A stretch of DNA of 64,000 nt from Octopus sinensis (taxonomy: Eukaryota). The stretch lies in the NCBI RefSeq assembly GCF_006345805.1, contig NC_042998.1, positions 146,320,001 to 146,384,000 on the forward strand, read 5' to 3'. Position 1 is the stretch's first letter; each line of letters opens with the position of its first letter. A program made the translations under genes and the position numbers. A model generated the notes under the pieces. The model was not told the origin of the DNA. It ran no database searches and saw only the letters and a list, made by a program, of their open reading frames with translations. Positions 25,700 to 39,451 of the stretch are shown here, piece by piece.

Positions 25700-26379
25700 A
25701 GTTCTTAAATACAGATATCTTGACTCTGACAAGGTTGACCACAGCATCCTATTAAAGAAACTATTCGATATTGGAGTCCGTGGGAAACTATTTGAGAGGA
25801 TTGTATGTTTTCTGGTGAACAGAACCCAGCATATGGTGAGCGATGGTGTTCGATGAAGCTCAGCAAGAGTCATCAGTGGTGTTCCACAAGCCACTGTACG
25901 GGCCCACTCCTTTTCATTGCTTACATCAGTGACATCATTGACTTTGTCAAATACAGCAATATTAAAACTTTCGCGGGTGATTGCACGCTTCTGAAGGTCG
26001 TCGACAGGGGAGCAGGCCGGATCACTCTCCGATCTGCTTGCTGTTATCCAAGTTGAGTGAAAACAATATTGCTACTAAATGAAAATAAATTCGAATTAAT
26101 CCACTTCGATAAAGAAGTTGTACTTAAGCTCTTCCCTCGGGCATCAAACACCGCTTAGGAACTCGGAGTAATGTCGGCAACAACTTAAACTAGAGTACCC
26201 TCATTAAGGAAGTCGACTTGATTCGCAAGGCGTGCTCCTGGGTTCTCAGGACTTTCTGGTCTAAAGATGCTCCTACTTCCTTTTCGCCACCTTCGCCTGT
26301 CCTCACCTTGAATACTGTTGTCCGCTGTGGTCTCCCGTTACGAAACAAACTATAATGAAAATTGAAGCACCCCAGAGAT

Positions 26380-26427
<48 letters not shown>

Positions 26428-26545
26428 GATAGCACGACAAGTCTCGATTATTGGGATCGTCTTGAGAAGCTGAAACTTGATTCCCTCCAACGCCGCCGTG
26501 AGCACTATATCATTTCTATGATGTGGAAAATATTCCGATGTAGAG
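25700..26545 (+). mobile_element. Old CR1-group LINE RT fragment
   Basis: DKVDHSILLKKL..GVRGKL, SSGVPQ..GPLLFIAYISD..KTFAGD; same family as 31026-32480 but more decayed. Confidence 0.8.
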
Positions 26546-27417
26546 CGTTCGAGTTGTATCTTTAATTTGACAATTTGTGGCAATTGATAATGAATATTAT
26601 CTATAGAACATAAAGTGTTTCCTTTTCCTTGTTCTGAATATCAGAATCTAACCAGCCAGTCATGTGCACATTGTTGCCATGATGCATCATGAGTCACGAG
26701 GATTCCCGATCACGCGCTGTGATCCCGAGATTGAAAATGTATTTCTCGTCTTCCTTCACAAGTTGGTGACAGTAATCAGACACAAGGTGTGTGTGTGGGG
26801 GGATGTTAGAATTAGTTCTTTGATGGAATATCACAAGGATAGATTATCAAGATGCTTTCATTAGAATTGGTGGTGGTGTTATAGACGTTAGATTATATAA
26901 TTAGGGGTTGTTATGACTAGAGTAACCCCTGTCAGTCCTGACCAAACAACTTTGTAGCTCGTAGATAGTTAGCTGTTGCTACTGCTGTCGTTATTTCTGC
27001 TATTATTGAGAAAAATTTATCGAAGGCTTTCTAACCGTGGACATTCCATCTTTTTAGAGTAATTTAGTACTACACTGTCAAATGTGGACCTTTAATAAAT
27101 TTGAAGCAATTTGGTCGTTAATTATAGCCAGTCAAGCGATCTCCGTTGAACGACTCGATGTATTCCATATAATCAATACTCCGTGTTAAGGATCACCCTC
27201 ATGTCATCACTCTAATATGGAGTGTGGTTTCTCACATTAGAAACAATATGGATACTCTAACACACTCCGTGTCCTTCACTACTCAGTCTGTTCATTTACT
27301 TATTAGGGATCTGTCAGTGACTACAGTGAAGACAGGAAAATAAAATCCAGATCTCAGGCTTAGTGCTACAGTGGCAGTCATCTAGTGGCGAATTAATAGT
27401 GCCATTAGAGTGTCGGA

Positions 27418-27559
27418 TAGAACACCTCGCGGTATTTGTTCTAATTCACAGCGATCTGAGATCAAATCACGCCAAGGTCAACCGTTTTTTTTCATCCTTT
27501 CGAGTTTATTATATATATATAATATATATATATATAATTATATATATATATATATATAT

Positions 27560-27590
<31 letters not shown>

Positions 27591-27681
27591 ATAATAATAA
27601 ACTCGAAAGGATGAAAAAAAACGGTGACCTTGGCGTGATTTGATCTCAGATCGCGTGATTAGAACAAATACCGCGATGTGT

Positions 27682-27686
<5 letters not shown>
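27418..27686. repeat. ~93-bp inverted repeat centred on a (TA)n tract
   Basis: Arms 27418-27512 and 27594-27686 differ mainly by single-base indels. Confidence 0.85.
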
Positions 27687-27779
<93 letters not shown>

Positions 27780-27781
27780 GT

Positions 27782-27857
<76 letters not shown>

Positions 27858-27859
27858 AG

Positions 27860-28106
27860 AATGAAGTTTTTTATATATAATGAACGTGAAATACAGGAAG
27901 GGACGAACACGGAACACGACAAATCATTCGAAGCCTTCAATCTTCAGTCAGACACCGATCATCATAGCAAATTTCGGCTGTTCAATTCTGATATTTGCTC
28001 CAACTCGGCCAGCCCCAAGAAAAAACTAAGCTGTAAGCATTAGATTTCTTGGTAGAAGACGGAATATGAACTCACAAGACGGATGTGAATACAGAACGAA
28101 AACGAA

Positions 28107-28110
<4 letters not shown>
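27860..28110 (-). repeat. Dispersed (TA)n-flanked repeat, second copy at 30770-30950 (+)
   Basis: Shared GACTGAAGATTGAAGGCTTCGAATG, CAGCCGAAATT and GCTTAGTTTTT segments. Confidence 0.7.
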
Positions 28111-28182
<72 letters not shown>

Positions 28183-30437
28183 CATCAATCTTGGATGCTG
28201 AATTGGCAGAAATGTGAGAACACCGAACCGAACAGCTTACGTTATTTGTTCTGGCTGTTTGCATTCTGAATTCAAATCCATCCATAGCCTACTTGGTTGA
28301 TAAATATAATCCACTGCCCGAATTACCACTACTACATGACACTTTAGGGAAGTCCATTCTATTGCTAATATTTGGGTCAGGACTCCAGTTTGAGGTTATT
28401 TTCTTCCCTTCCTCCGCTCTGCCTTCTTGCCAGTCCCGAGCGTTCTGTAAAGGATCTAGGTACTGACTTAAGATGCTGTAATGCTATCCAGGAGGTTTTG
28501 TAGATGTCTTCTGAATATTTAAAGCTAAGTTAATACAGTGCAGCGACTTTATGGGTTGGAGATTGGCATAGTGACAATAGTGTGCTTCTCCTCTTCCTGT
28601 ATCTTTTATTTCAGATTATTTTCGTTTCATGATAGACGTGATCTGTCGGTGAGCTCTGACATGCCTGTAATTGTCTATATTATTGAGATACATACCAGCG
28701 GCCACTCTGAGTTGTTTCTCTTATTTCATCTGTTTAATCTATGAAAATTTTCAAGGTCATAGATATGTTCAACTCATTTTTTTTCCTTATATATAAGTCC
28801 AAGTCCATTGACTACTAGAGAAAAGGTCAGGCAATTACTGATGACGGCTATTAAGCCAGAAGCATGTGTACACAACCACTCCCTTGTTTAATAAGCCTGT
28901 TGTCCCTTTCCTTAGCGACATGTCAACTTTGGAGTATCTTGATTCTTGAGATTATCTCTTCTTCAAGTGCAGCTAGTTAGTCTTAACTGTTTTTTGGTAA
29001 CCATTATACATCTACAGACGGAGGTGATTATACACCTGTTTTTGTGTATATTTGTTCTCTGTATAGTTAGATGTTGTTCTATGTTGTAGGTGACTTATGT
29101 GAATGACAAATTTAAAATGACTTCCTTAAAGAACCAATTAGGGAAATTCAGTATGGTAAAAAAACAGGCACCAAGTTCTTCAAATACTTTTCTCTCCTGC
29201 CTTAAAGGGGTACAAAAAGAAAAAGCAATAGAGAGTTTGATAAAGAAAACAATAGAGGAATAGTCACAGCTGAAACGTGATAATGCAATGATGATGGAGG
29301 GCTGAAATAATAGGGTAGTAGTGGCTGTGTGTGTGTGTGTGTGTGTCTGTGAAATTCGGAAGTTGTTGAATGGTAGTAAATGAGTTGACCTCTTCTCTCT
29401 CCTTACGCTCATGCCTGTAACTGGTAACATCTGTGTATCTTTTGGTCTGATTTGTAGGCCAGCTTGTTTCTCTCTCTCTCTGTTTTCAGTCTCTCTCTTT
29501 CGCGCTCTTTCTCTTTACTTTCCCACCCTCAGTTTTATCCCTCTCTCTTTCTACTTCCTCTCTCTGCTCTTCTCTTTCTGCTTACGTTCTTTCTCTGCTC
29601 AATCTCTCTTTAGTCCCTCTCTCATTCTTTCTGATCTCTCTTTGTTTCTCCTGTCTCTGTTCCTCTCTTTCTGCTCTCCCTTCTATATTTATACACTCTG
29701 TACCTTTCTTGTCTTTCTTTCTTCTTTCTTTCTTCTTTCTTTCTATCAATCTGTTATGCCTGTCTTCTAACGTCAACTTCGAGTGTCTTCGTTCGTCTCG
29801 TCTGTCTTATTTAACACCTGTCTGTCTTTCTGTCTATTTTCTGTTTCTTGCTATCTCTTCATATCTATTTTCCTCTTAATGTGTGTGTATGTATGTATAC
29901 ATATTTCCTTTGCCTCTATTTTAACATTTAATCTCTAAATCTATCTCTTAGTCTCTATATCTCTCCGTCTTCATATGTAGCGGTATGTTGTAGGTTTTCC
30001 TATATCACATCTATACGGTCTCTTTTCATGTCAATCTATTTTCTCTGTTAATATCACGTTTTAAATTTCACTACGTCGGTCGCTCTCTGTTAATGTCTGT
30101 CGGAATTTTAAGGTTGTTCTGATCTTTCTTCTGTAACTGTTCTTTTTTTTTTTTTTTGCTATCCTCATTTCTGAATATCAAACGATTTTTATTGACAACC
30201 TCATTTAAATATATGTTCTCTTTTTATTCTTTTGTTAATACAATGTAATAACAATTTTTATCTCTACCTTTTCTTAGTTTGACTTTTGCGGTTGTGGTTG
30301 TTTAACCCCAGATCAATGCTGCTGGAGCAGACCAATGATCCAAGCCTTCCCAGTTGTGACTACCTCGTCTTTTTGTATATCAAAAACTACATTGCTCTCT
30401 CTCTTTCTCAGTTTGTCTCTCTCTCTCTCTCTCTCTA

Positions 30438-30532
<95 letters not shown>

Positions 30533-30957
30533 AGTTCAGTCATTGTACTGCGGCCATGCTGGGGCACTGCGTTCAAGAATTTTAGTCGAACAACAAATCG
30601 GTCCCAATAGTCATTTTAAAGCCTGATTCTTGTTCAGTCGGTCTCTTTTTTGCTGAACTGCAAAGTTACGTGGACGTAAACACACCAACACCGGTTGCCA
30701 AGCGGTGTTGGGACAAACATAACAAATACATTCATATATACATTATATGTATATATATATATATAATGCGCTTAGCTTAGTTTTTCGTTGGGTCTGGCCA
30801 GATTGGAGCAATCTCAAGATTAATCAGCCGAAATTGCGAGGATGATCCGTTTCTTGACTGAAGATTGAAGGCTTCGAATGTCCCGTTCGTGTTTTTTGTA
30901 TCGTTTTCTAAATGTTTTGCGTTCTTGTCCCAGTTTGTATTTTTTTTACATACATAC

Positions 30958-31016
<59 letters not shown>

Positions 31017-31025
31017 TATATATAA

Positions 31026-32480
31026 TATTAAAGTGTTTGAAAGAGTGTTAAGATCAAGGATAGCTGACTTCCTGGAGACCCACAAACTCCTAAATTCAAA
31101 TCAACATGGCTTTCGCTGTGGCAGGAACTGTCTAACACAGCTCTTACACCACATTGAAGATGTACTCAAAGCCTTGGGAACAGGTTCGAACTCTGACGTC
31201 ATATACCTTGACTTCAGTAAAGCGTTCGACAGGGTAGACCATACATCCTACTCTCAAAATTGGCAAATTTTGGAATCCGTGGAAAAGTTCTACACTGGAT
31301 TCAGTATTTCCTAGCGAATAGAACACAACATGTAGTTGATGGAGTCCACTCAAACCCAGCAAAAGTCACCAGCGGTGTTCCCCAGGGAACTGTTTTTGGT
31401 CCGCTACTCTTCATAATTTATGTAAACGACCTTTCCAGTGTCGTACATCACTGCAAAGTGAAAATATTCGCTGATGACACTAAGCTCCAGCAAATCGTCA
31501 ATGAAGAAGCAGACCGAACTCAACTCCAGTCTGACCTATATGCTGTGAGTCAATGGGCAGACAGAAACAAAATGCAACTGAATGAGGGAAAATTTGAGCT
31601 GATGCATTTTGGAAGAAATTCCTCACTAAAACAACCATACTCTCTTCCTTCAGGGAACCGCTCACAGCCTCTAACAATATCAGAGACCTGGGTGTAATTG
31701 TTGATGACGATCTCAGTTGGAGCGCACACATCAACAAGAAGGTCGATACAGCTCGTAGATGAGTTCCTGATCTTAAGAACTTTCCGGTCCAGAGAACAAG
31801 GTGTCATCATACCACTTTTTTCATCCTTTGTACGGCCACACCTTGAATACTGCTGCCCACTGTGGTCTCCTCACACAAGACAAAACATCTCCAGAATTGA
31901 GTCACCCCAGAGGGCTCTCACTAAACAAATGAAGGCATGGCTGCTCTCGACTATTGGGATCGCCTTAAAGCCTTGAAACTTTACTCCCTCCAGCGTCGCC
32001 GTGAGCGGTACATCATTTGTACGATGTGGAAAATATACCGCCAACTTTGCCCAACGACCTAAACATTAGCTTCAAGGTTCATCTGAGACTTGGACCACGG
32101 GCTATACGTCCCCTGCCAAATTCAAGATCACAACATACATGTACACTGCAACATAATTTCTTTTCCTCAACAGGCCCTGCCCTATTTAACATTGTCCCGA
32201 GGGAGATCAAAGAGGAAAAGGATCCCATCAACTTCAAACAGAGTCTGGATAGATTCCTTCAAAGAATACCAGACAAGCCACCCATAATTGGATACAACTC
32301 ACCCAACAAGAACTCACTACTTGAACAAAACTGGATACAACTCACCCAACAAGAACTCACTACTTGAACAAAACTTGACTTAAACAGGATTCGAATAGTC
32401 CTATCAGGTGGTGCTATTAAGTTAGACATGGCCTGGACCAATCTCTGGTCGAAACATATCTAAGTTTTATCTAAGTTTTA
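31026..32480 (+). mobile_element. 5'-truncated CR1-group LINE (RT to 3' end), frameshifted
   Basis: KVFER...NQHGFRCGRNCLTQLL...YLDFSKAFDRVDH, SGVPQGTVFGPLLFIIYVND...FADD, VRPHLEYCCPLWSP; 43-bp duplication 32289-32374; (ATCTAAGTTTT)2 tail. Confidence 0.92.
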
Positions 32481-33418
32481 TATGCATATATACATGAGAA
32501 ACGAAAACATAAACACAAAAACATAGAAAACGAACTTTTTTTCGAACAACGAAAAAGCAAACGGAGAAACGAGACATGCAATATAAAAAATATTCCCCTT
32601 CATCAGTTGTCCCTGTTTCATCTACTCCGCGTTTTGAAGGTAAGGACAATACCGGTATTGTGTTTACGTCCCCATAACTTAGCAGTTCGGCAAAAAGCCC
32701 AGATCTTGGTGGAAAAAGCCATCAGTGGCATCCCTGCTAATGACTGAAACAAGTGAATATTCTTTTCTTTTACAAAATTTCAATTTTTGAATACTGATTG
32801 CTTACAATCATTTTTCCACTTTCAATTTGACATTATAAAACGAATAAATAATATCAAACACAAATGTTCAAATTCATGCTACATTTTGTTAGTTCTCTAC
32901 AAAAAATCAGAAAACTTCTCGTATACATTTAGGGATGGTCGTATTTTTGCCAATAATTCACACGCATACACACCCTGACTTCACTTTAGCATTATTATTA
33001 TTATTATTTTAGTATCTTTTGTCTGGAAACCTTTCGTCACACATCCAGCGATGCACAATTAACTGAAATTGACTGACCGCTGTCCACTCACTGAAATCTC
33101 TAAAAGAATAAATGATAGGTACAGGACTGCCTGTGTGATTAAGAAGCTCGCTATGCAACTATGTGGCTTGGGGTTCAGTCACACTGTGAGCAAATATTCT
33201 CTACTATAGCCCCAGGCCTTATAAATGGATTTGTTTGGCGGAAACTCAATGCGCGCGCGCGTGTATGTGTGTGTGTTTACCACCCCTACTGCTTGACAGC
33301 GTTGGTTTCTTTTTTGAATATATGTTTGTCATTTGACTGCAGCCATGCTGGGGCACCGCCTTGAGGAACTTTTAGTCAAATGAATCGACGCCAATACTTA
33401 AAAAAAACCTGGTACGTA

Positions 33419-33840
33419 TAGGCGCAGAAGTGGCTGTGTGGTAAGTAGCTTGCTAACCAACCACATGATTCCGGGTTCAGTCCCACTGCGTGGCATCTTG
33501 GGCAAGTGTCTTCTGCTATAGCCCCGGGCCGACCAATGCCTTGTGAGTAGATTTGGTAGACGGAAACTGAAAGAAGCCTGTCGTTTATATGTATATATGT
33601 GTGTGTGTGTGTGTGTGTATGTGTTTGTGTGTCTGTGTTTGTCCCCCAACATCGCTTGACAACCGATGCTGGTGTGTTTACATCCCCGTCACTTAGCGGT
33701 TCGGCAAAAAGATACCGATAGAATAAGTACTGGGCTTACAAAGAATAAGTCCCGAGGTCGATTTGCTCGACTAAAGGCGGTGCTCCAGCATGGCCGCAGT
33801 CAAATGACTGAAACAAGTAAAAGAGTAAAAAGAGTAAGAG
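33419..33840 (+). mobile_element. Full-length young CORE-SINE (family B; OR-type cephalopod SINE by recognition)
   Basis: tRNA-like head TGGCTGTGTGGTAAG...GGTTCAGTCCC, CORE TCTTGGGCAAGTGTCTTC, internal (TA)(TG)n, tail (AAAAGAGT)n; near-identical to 59928-60339. Confidence 0.9.
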
Positions 33841-34899
33841 TACTCTATCAGTGTCTTTTTGTCGAACCGCTAAGTTACAGGGACATAAGAACACCAACAC
33901 TGGTTGTCAAGCGGTGATGGAGGAGAAACATAGTTACACAGACACACACACGACGGGCTTCTTTCAGATTCCGTCTATTAAATCCACTCAGAAGGGTTTG
34001 ATCGGTCCGAGGTTATCGTAGAAGATACTTGCCCAAGGTGTCACGCTGTGGGACTGAACCCGGAACCATGTGGTGGGGAAGCAAGCTTCTTACCTCAAAT
34101 GATGCCAAGCTTCTTACCTCAAATGATGTCAAGCTTCTTACCTTAAACCATGCGAAAGATTCCAATAGGCTTAAAAACAAATAATATGGTCAATCCATTC
34201 AACTAAAAAAAAACCCCAAAAAACTTCAATGTGATGCTCCTACAGGGCCGCAACTCCATGATTGAAATAAAATATGAAAGTTAATATCTATATTCATAGT
34301 AGGTCGTTGTTGCAATTAACAAAAGCTTCTTTCAACAATACGTTTTTTGCATTTAGAAATAAACTTCCGGCGAATTCGGTTTCCTTTTCGATATTCTGCT
34401 TCTACCATTTCCTTTCATTATATGCTGTTGATGTCTTCTGGAAAGGTATGAACGTCACTAATTATATTTCCCTATTTCCTCAAAATATAAGCTCTTGGTG
34501 CATTGTTAAAGAAACACTTCCTTTTATTAAGAAATCATTTAATCCTCGCAATCTTCCTATCATTCTCTGTCATTTTTATCCCTTTTATTTCCTTCAGCCT
34601 TTCTGCGTTTTTAAACTTTGTCTTCGCATATCTTATCTAACCCCACCCAATCATTTTCTCAGTTGTGACCCTTCTCTCTAATTAGTCTGCTCTTTTGTGG
34701 GCCTTCTCTGATTACTTCTGTATATTCCGCCGCCACCCTCCGCCATCACTGCCCTGCTTATCCCCTTTGACAGCAGCTGGCATCCTAACAGAAAAGTCTG
34801 TATGGGATCACGTGATGAGTTGCAAGGGATCAGTAACAAACGAGACGAGCGGAAGAAAAGGACACAGCTGGAAGTAATTATCACCGCTGCCACCGTCAC

Positions 34900-34931
34900 C
34901 ACCCTCCCTCTACCAACAGCCACTGCTACTG

Positions 34932-34986
<55 letters not shown>

Positions 34987-35005
34987 CACCACCACCACCA
35001 CCACC

Positions 35006-35041
<36 letters not shown>

Positions 35042-35338
35042 GTTGCTGCTGCAACTACTACTACTACTACTACTACTACTGTTGCTGCTGCAACTACTAC
35101 TACTACTACTACTACCATACTGCTACCTCCTCCTCCTCCTCCTCCTCCTCCTCCTACTACTACTGCTGCTGCTGCTGCTACTACTACTACTTCTACTACT
35201 ACTTCTACTACTACTACTTCTACTACCACTACTGCTGCTGCTGCTACTACCACTACTACCACCGCTATCACTACTGCTGCTGCTGCTACTACTACCACTA
35301 CTACTACCACCACCACCACCACCACCACCACCACTACC

Positions 35339-35370
<32 letters not shown>

Positions 35371-35410
35371 CACCACCACTGCTGCTGCTGCTACTACTAC
35401 TACTACCGAA
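34900..35410. repeat. Compound trinucleotide tract (CTA/CCA/CTG/CCT)n
   Basis: Direct reading; source of the poly-T/V/L ORFs. Confidence 0.95.
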
Positions 35411-35660
35411 GCCGTTGTAGTGAAGACGCGTGGCCTAGTGGTTAGGGCGTTGCACACACGATCCTAAAATCATAGTTCCGATTCCCTGACCTGGCGGAGG
35501 GTTGTGTTCTTGAGTGAAAAAATACTTCATTTCAGTCACTCCAATCTACTCAGCTGTAAATGAGTAACCAAGCGACGGGCTGGCGTCCCATTCAGAGTTA
35601 GGTTTAGGGTTGCGATCTCGTTTACTTATACACCATGGGAACTAGGCAACCGGGTCTATG
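35410..35660 (+). mobile_element. tRNA-derived SINE family C
   Basis: GCGTGGCCTAGTGGTTAG A-box-like head, CTCAGCTGTAAATG segment and GGCTGGCGTCCC V-domain-like segment; relatives near 4230-4395, 54780-54945, 57560-57730 and 63340-63580. Confidence 0.7.
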
Positions 35661-36599
35661 TGTCCTAGGACTCGAGACAGTGATATCTAGGGGATCATGA
35701 TGATGTTGATGATGATGAAGTCGTTATAGTAGAGGTGGAAAAGACAAAGAGGACAAGGATCTTATTGTAGGCCAAAGGTAGCAAGAAGGAATTGTTGAGT
35801 GATTGGGAGTGTGGGGTGATGTGTGTGTGTAAGGGGCGGGGAGTGTAATTCGAGATGATGTGCTTCAACTCAGGACTGCCGATTAGTTGGTCAGCCCGTA
35901 GAATAAACGATTCAGTTGTGGAGGAGACGAGAGTGGAACGGAAGTTGGTGGTGATGGTCAGATGGCAAAAACTGCAATAATTTGGTTACGTTATCAAAGC
36001 CCATAATCTCTATGCCCACATCTTGGGGCTAAGTGGATAGAAAGCTGGCGACAAATATGGAGATGTATGTATGTATGTATGTATGTATGTATGTATGTAT
36101 GTATGTATGTATGATGTATGCATGCATGCATGCATGTATGTATGTATGTATGTATGTATGTATGTATGTATGTATGTATGTATGTATGTATGATGTATGT
36201 ATGTATGTTTGTATGTATGTGTGTGTGTGTGTATGTATGTATGTATATCCGTGTGCGTGTGTCTCTGTGCCTATGATTTCCCTTCCCTGCTGACAACCGG
36301 TGTTGATGTGTTTGCGTTTAATTAAGCTAGAAGTTCGGTAGAGACCGATAGAATAAGGCTTAAAAATGTACTTGAGTCAATTCATTCGACTAATATCCTT
36401 CAAAGCGATGCGCCAACATATATATATATACAGTCTAATGACTGAAACAGATAAAATATATTTATTACGGTGTTTGGAAAGAAATTGTGTTTTATCAGAA
36501 AGGATATAAAAATGAATGTAAAGTACGTTTATATGAATAGTTTTAATCAAGAATGTAATCGCCATCGTTTTCAACGACTGCAACCCAACAGGAAAGTAA

Positions 36600-37207
36600 C
36601 TTTTTTTATGACACGTGCAAAGAAACCTATTTTTTTTCTCTGAAAAAGTCTTCTCTGTTTCTGAATGTTTTGCCTTTTATAAAATGTTCTAGTGATTGGA
36701 ACAGGTGGAAATCGATAGGTTCTAAGTTAGGTGAGTATGGAGGATGTGGATAGTTGAACATGACATTACATTTTTGCGCCAAATCTCTGGTGCTTTGACG
36801 TGGATCCGATACAATAGTTTCATTCGAAAGGTCGTCATTCAGATTGGGTCATTTTTCAGAGCGAGACTTGTCGGATATGTCACAATTGCCATCTTTAAAC
36901 CTTTTAAATGACAGATGACATGTATGAGCTTTCACTGCATCCGGATACACTTCACAAATGTTTTTCATTGCTTCTGTAAAGGTACTTTTCTTTCGAAACT
37001 CATTCAGTAAGCAATGGCAAATATGTTTCGTAAAGTTATCCTCCATTGGGGTTAATAACTGAAATAACAATGAATGACACACTGCTGGACAGAAGAGATT
37101 ATATACTATTCTAGACAGTTTCCGCTCATTCGATCATGGTTCTGATGTGATTGGTTGATTCATATTTCATAGTAGTGAAAAAACTCAATTACTTTTCGAA
37201 CACCCTA

Positions 37208-37208
<1 letters not shown>
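36600..37208 (-). mobile_element. Internally deleted mariner element
   Basis: TA-TTAGGGTGTTCGAAAAGTAATTG terminus; HICHCLLNEF..EAMKNICEVY..FKDGN HTH joined directly to PHPPYSPNLEPIDFHLF. Confidence 0.85.
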
Positions 37209-37255
<47 letters not shown>

Positions 37256-37769
37256 TGAAGTGTATGACAAAAGCCCCACGGTTATATTTTCCGATTATTT
37301 TTTCGTGTTTTTCTCCTTTTAATTGTTGCAGTTATTAGACTGCGGCCATGCTGGGGCACCACTTGAAGAATTTTTAGTCGAATGTAACGACCTCAGAATT
37401 TTTTTAACGATTGTCAACCAGCGCATGATGTTAAAGCTAGAAGGTATCTCCACATGCTAGAAATAACAGCCAAATTTCTTGAATTTTTTAAAAATAACCC
37501 CTCGGTCTTTTTTATTTTCTAAAAATCTTTTTACTTGTTTCAGTCATTGGACTGCGGCCATACTGGGGCACCAGCTTGAAGAATTTTTGGTCGCAGAAAA
37601 ATTATTCATCCACAGCAATTCGTAATTCAAAGTACTCAAATATTTTCCAAAATAGTTAGAGAGAAAGAAAAAAAGCATGCTTTTTCGTTCACAATTCAAC
37701 ATGCTTCTAACTTACCGGAGCCAAAGACGGTTATGTATATATGTGGAGACATAGAGAGAAGGAAGAGTG

Positions 37770-37885
37770 CAGTTAAAAAACTTAGTTTCCATGCGTGTTG
37801 AATAATCGATGTTTAACTAAAACATCAATTTCTTTTATTTAAACAGCGATTATTCAACACGCATGGAAGCTAAGATTTTTAACTG
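37770..37885. repeat. Long imperfect hairpin (~39-bp arms)
   Basis: CAGTTAAAAAACTTAGTTTCCATGCGTGTTGAATAATCG and its reverse complement at 37847-37885. Confidence 0.8.
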
Positions 37886-37937
37886 TTTCCCTCCCTCTCT
37901 CTATTTCTCTCTCTGTATATATATATATATATATAAT

Positions 37938-37969
<32 letters not shown>

Positions 37970-38037
37970 CACACACATATCGGACAGTGTAAATGAGTGC
38001 CCACCACGGCTTTGGTGGATAAATATTCTTTATTCGT

Positions 38038-38195
38038 GGGTTAACAAGGCTACCATTGGCTTCATGCCGAGAAGAATTTCTCAATTGTTATCAAGCTTGT
38101 CACATGGAACGTTGGTACTTGTCTTCCATGTGATAGGCTTGAAAATTGTTGAGGAATTTCTCTCGGCATGAAACTAATGATAGCCTTATTAACCC
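38038..38195. repeat. Long imperfect hairpin (~72-bp arms, 14-nt loop)
   Basis: 38038-38109 pairs with 38124-38195. Confidence 0.8.
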
Positions 38196-38217
38196 GTATG
38201 TATGTATACATACTTAC

Positions 38218-38262
<45 letters not shown>

Positions 38263-38270
38263 ATATATAA

Positions 38271-38475
38271 ATGTGACCTCGTGTGTACCGTTGGCGATTT
38301 TTTCCCTTTGTCTTCCCTTCTCTGGATCTTTCCTTCTCCTATGTTTCCGACGAAGAGCTCCGCTCGAAACGTTAAACCCTCTTTCTTCCCTTCTTTCCCG
38401 AGCGTCCAATAATACTATATTTGTTTCACGTCCTCGCGTTGTTGTGTTTTTTTGTGTTTTCTTGTTTGGATTAAC
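38271..38475 (+). mobile_element. Family P repeat with hammerhead at 38344-38376 (CCGACGA core)
   Basis: TTT-CCGACGA-A GAG CTCCG CTC-GAA-ACGT-T-AAA; (TA)n on both sides. Confidence 0.75.
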
Positions 38476-39451
38476 TATATATATATATATATATATACAC
38501 GCACACACACTATATACACATTCACATGTATATCCTGTTACAGAGATATTTTTCAATTACGAAAGGCGTTATCTTATTAAGAAAACTATAATTCTAAGTT
38601 AGTTTTGTTTAAATAAAAATTACTTGAGTGAAATATTTCTATTTCCTTTTAACAGAACATTTAAATTGTTAACATTTCCCTGAAATGAATACAGGCCATA
38701 GAGAATGTTTTATATGTTGCTGTTGTTGTTGTAATTGTTTTGCGTTGCTTGGACTTAGAGATAGAGCGAGGTCACTTGAGCAATACTTACAAGAGACCTA
38801 CATGTACGAAATATGTCAATAAAGCGCTGTACCATTCGCAAGTAGGAAACCAACAAATAAGCAACTAACCACTCGATAGATATAAATGAAGGGAAATGTC
38901 ATTAGCAGATTTTGCTGCTTAAATTTTCGTATGTTTGTGAATTTGTTTGTTTGTGTTTGTGTGTGTGTGTGTGTGTGTGCGTGCGTGCGCGCACGTATGT
39001 AAATTAAAAACATTTTTTCGTTGTTTTAGTCATTGTAGGTTTTAGTCGGAAAAATCGTCCCCTGTGCTTATTTTTAAAGCCTGGTTCATATATATATATA
39101 TATTCTTTTATTCTTTAACTTCTTTCAGCACCAGCTTACAGGGTTTTTTAGTCGAAGAAATCGACCCCAGGACTTATTCTTTGTAAGCCTAGTATTCTTT
39201 TGCCGAACCGTTAAGTTACGGGGGCGTAAACACACCAGCATCGGTTGTCAAGCGATGGTGGGGTAACAAACACGGTCATAAAAACATACACATAAATATA
39301 TATATAGGACGGGCTTCTTTCAGTTTCCGTCAACTAAATCCACTCATAAGGCTTTGGTCAGCCCTAGAAGACACCTGCCTAAGGGCCACGCAGTGGGGCT
39401 GAACCACATACCAAAGGGCCACACACACACACACACACATTATAGATCCAA

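Noticed and set aside
28845-28885. CTGATGA-CGGC TATTAA GCCA-GAAGC hammerhead look-alike
   Set aside because: A15.1 is mutated and stem I does not pair
30850-30885. CTGAAGA...GAA motif in the 27860/30770 repeat family
   Set aside because: No GAAA or NUH geometry, no stem I
33419-33500. tRNA genes
   Set aside because: Only SINE heads with A/B-box-like motifs; no complete cloverleaf found
34274-34880. Long semi-open minus-strand frame (IRYAKTKFK...GNIISD), with a similar case at 29090-29280(+)
   Set aside because: Several stops; most likely decayed LINE ORF2 linker, clade not assignable
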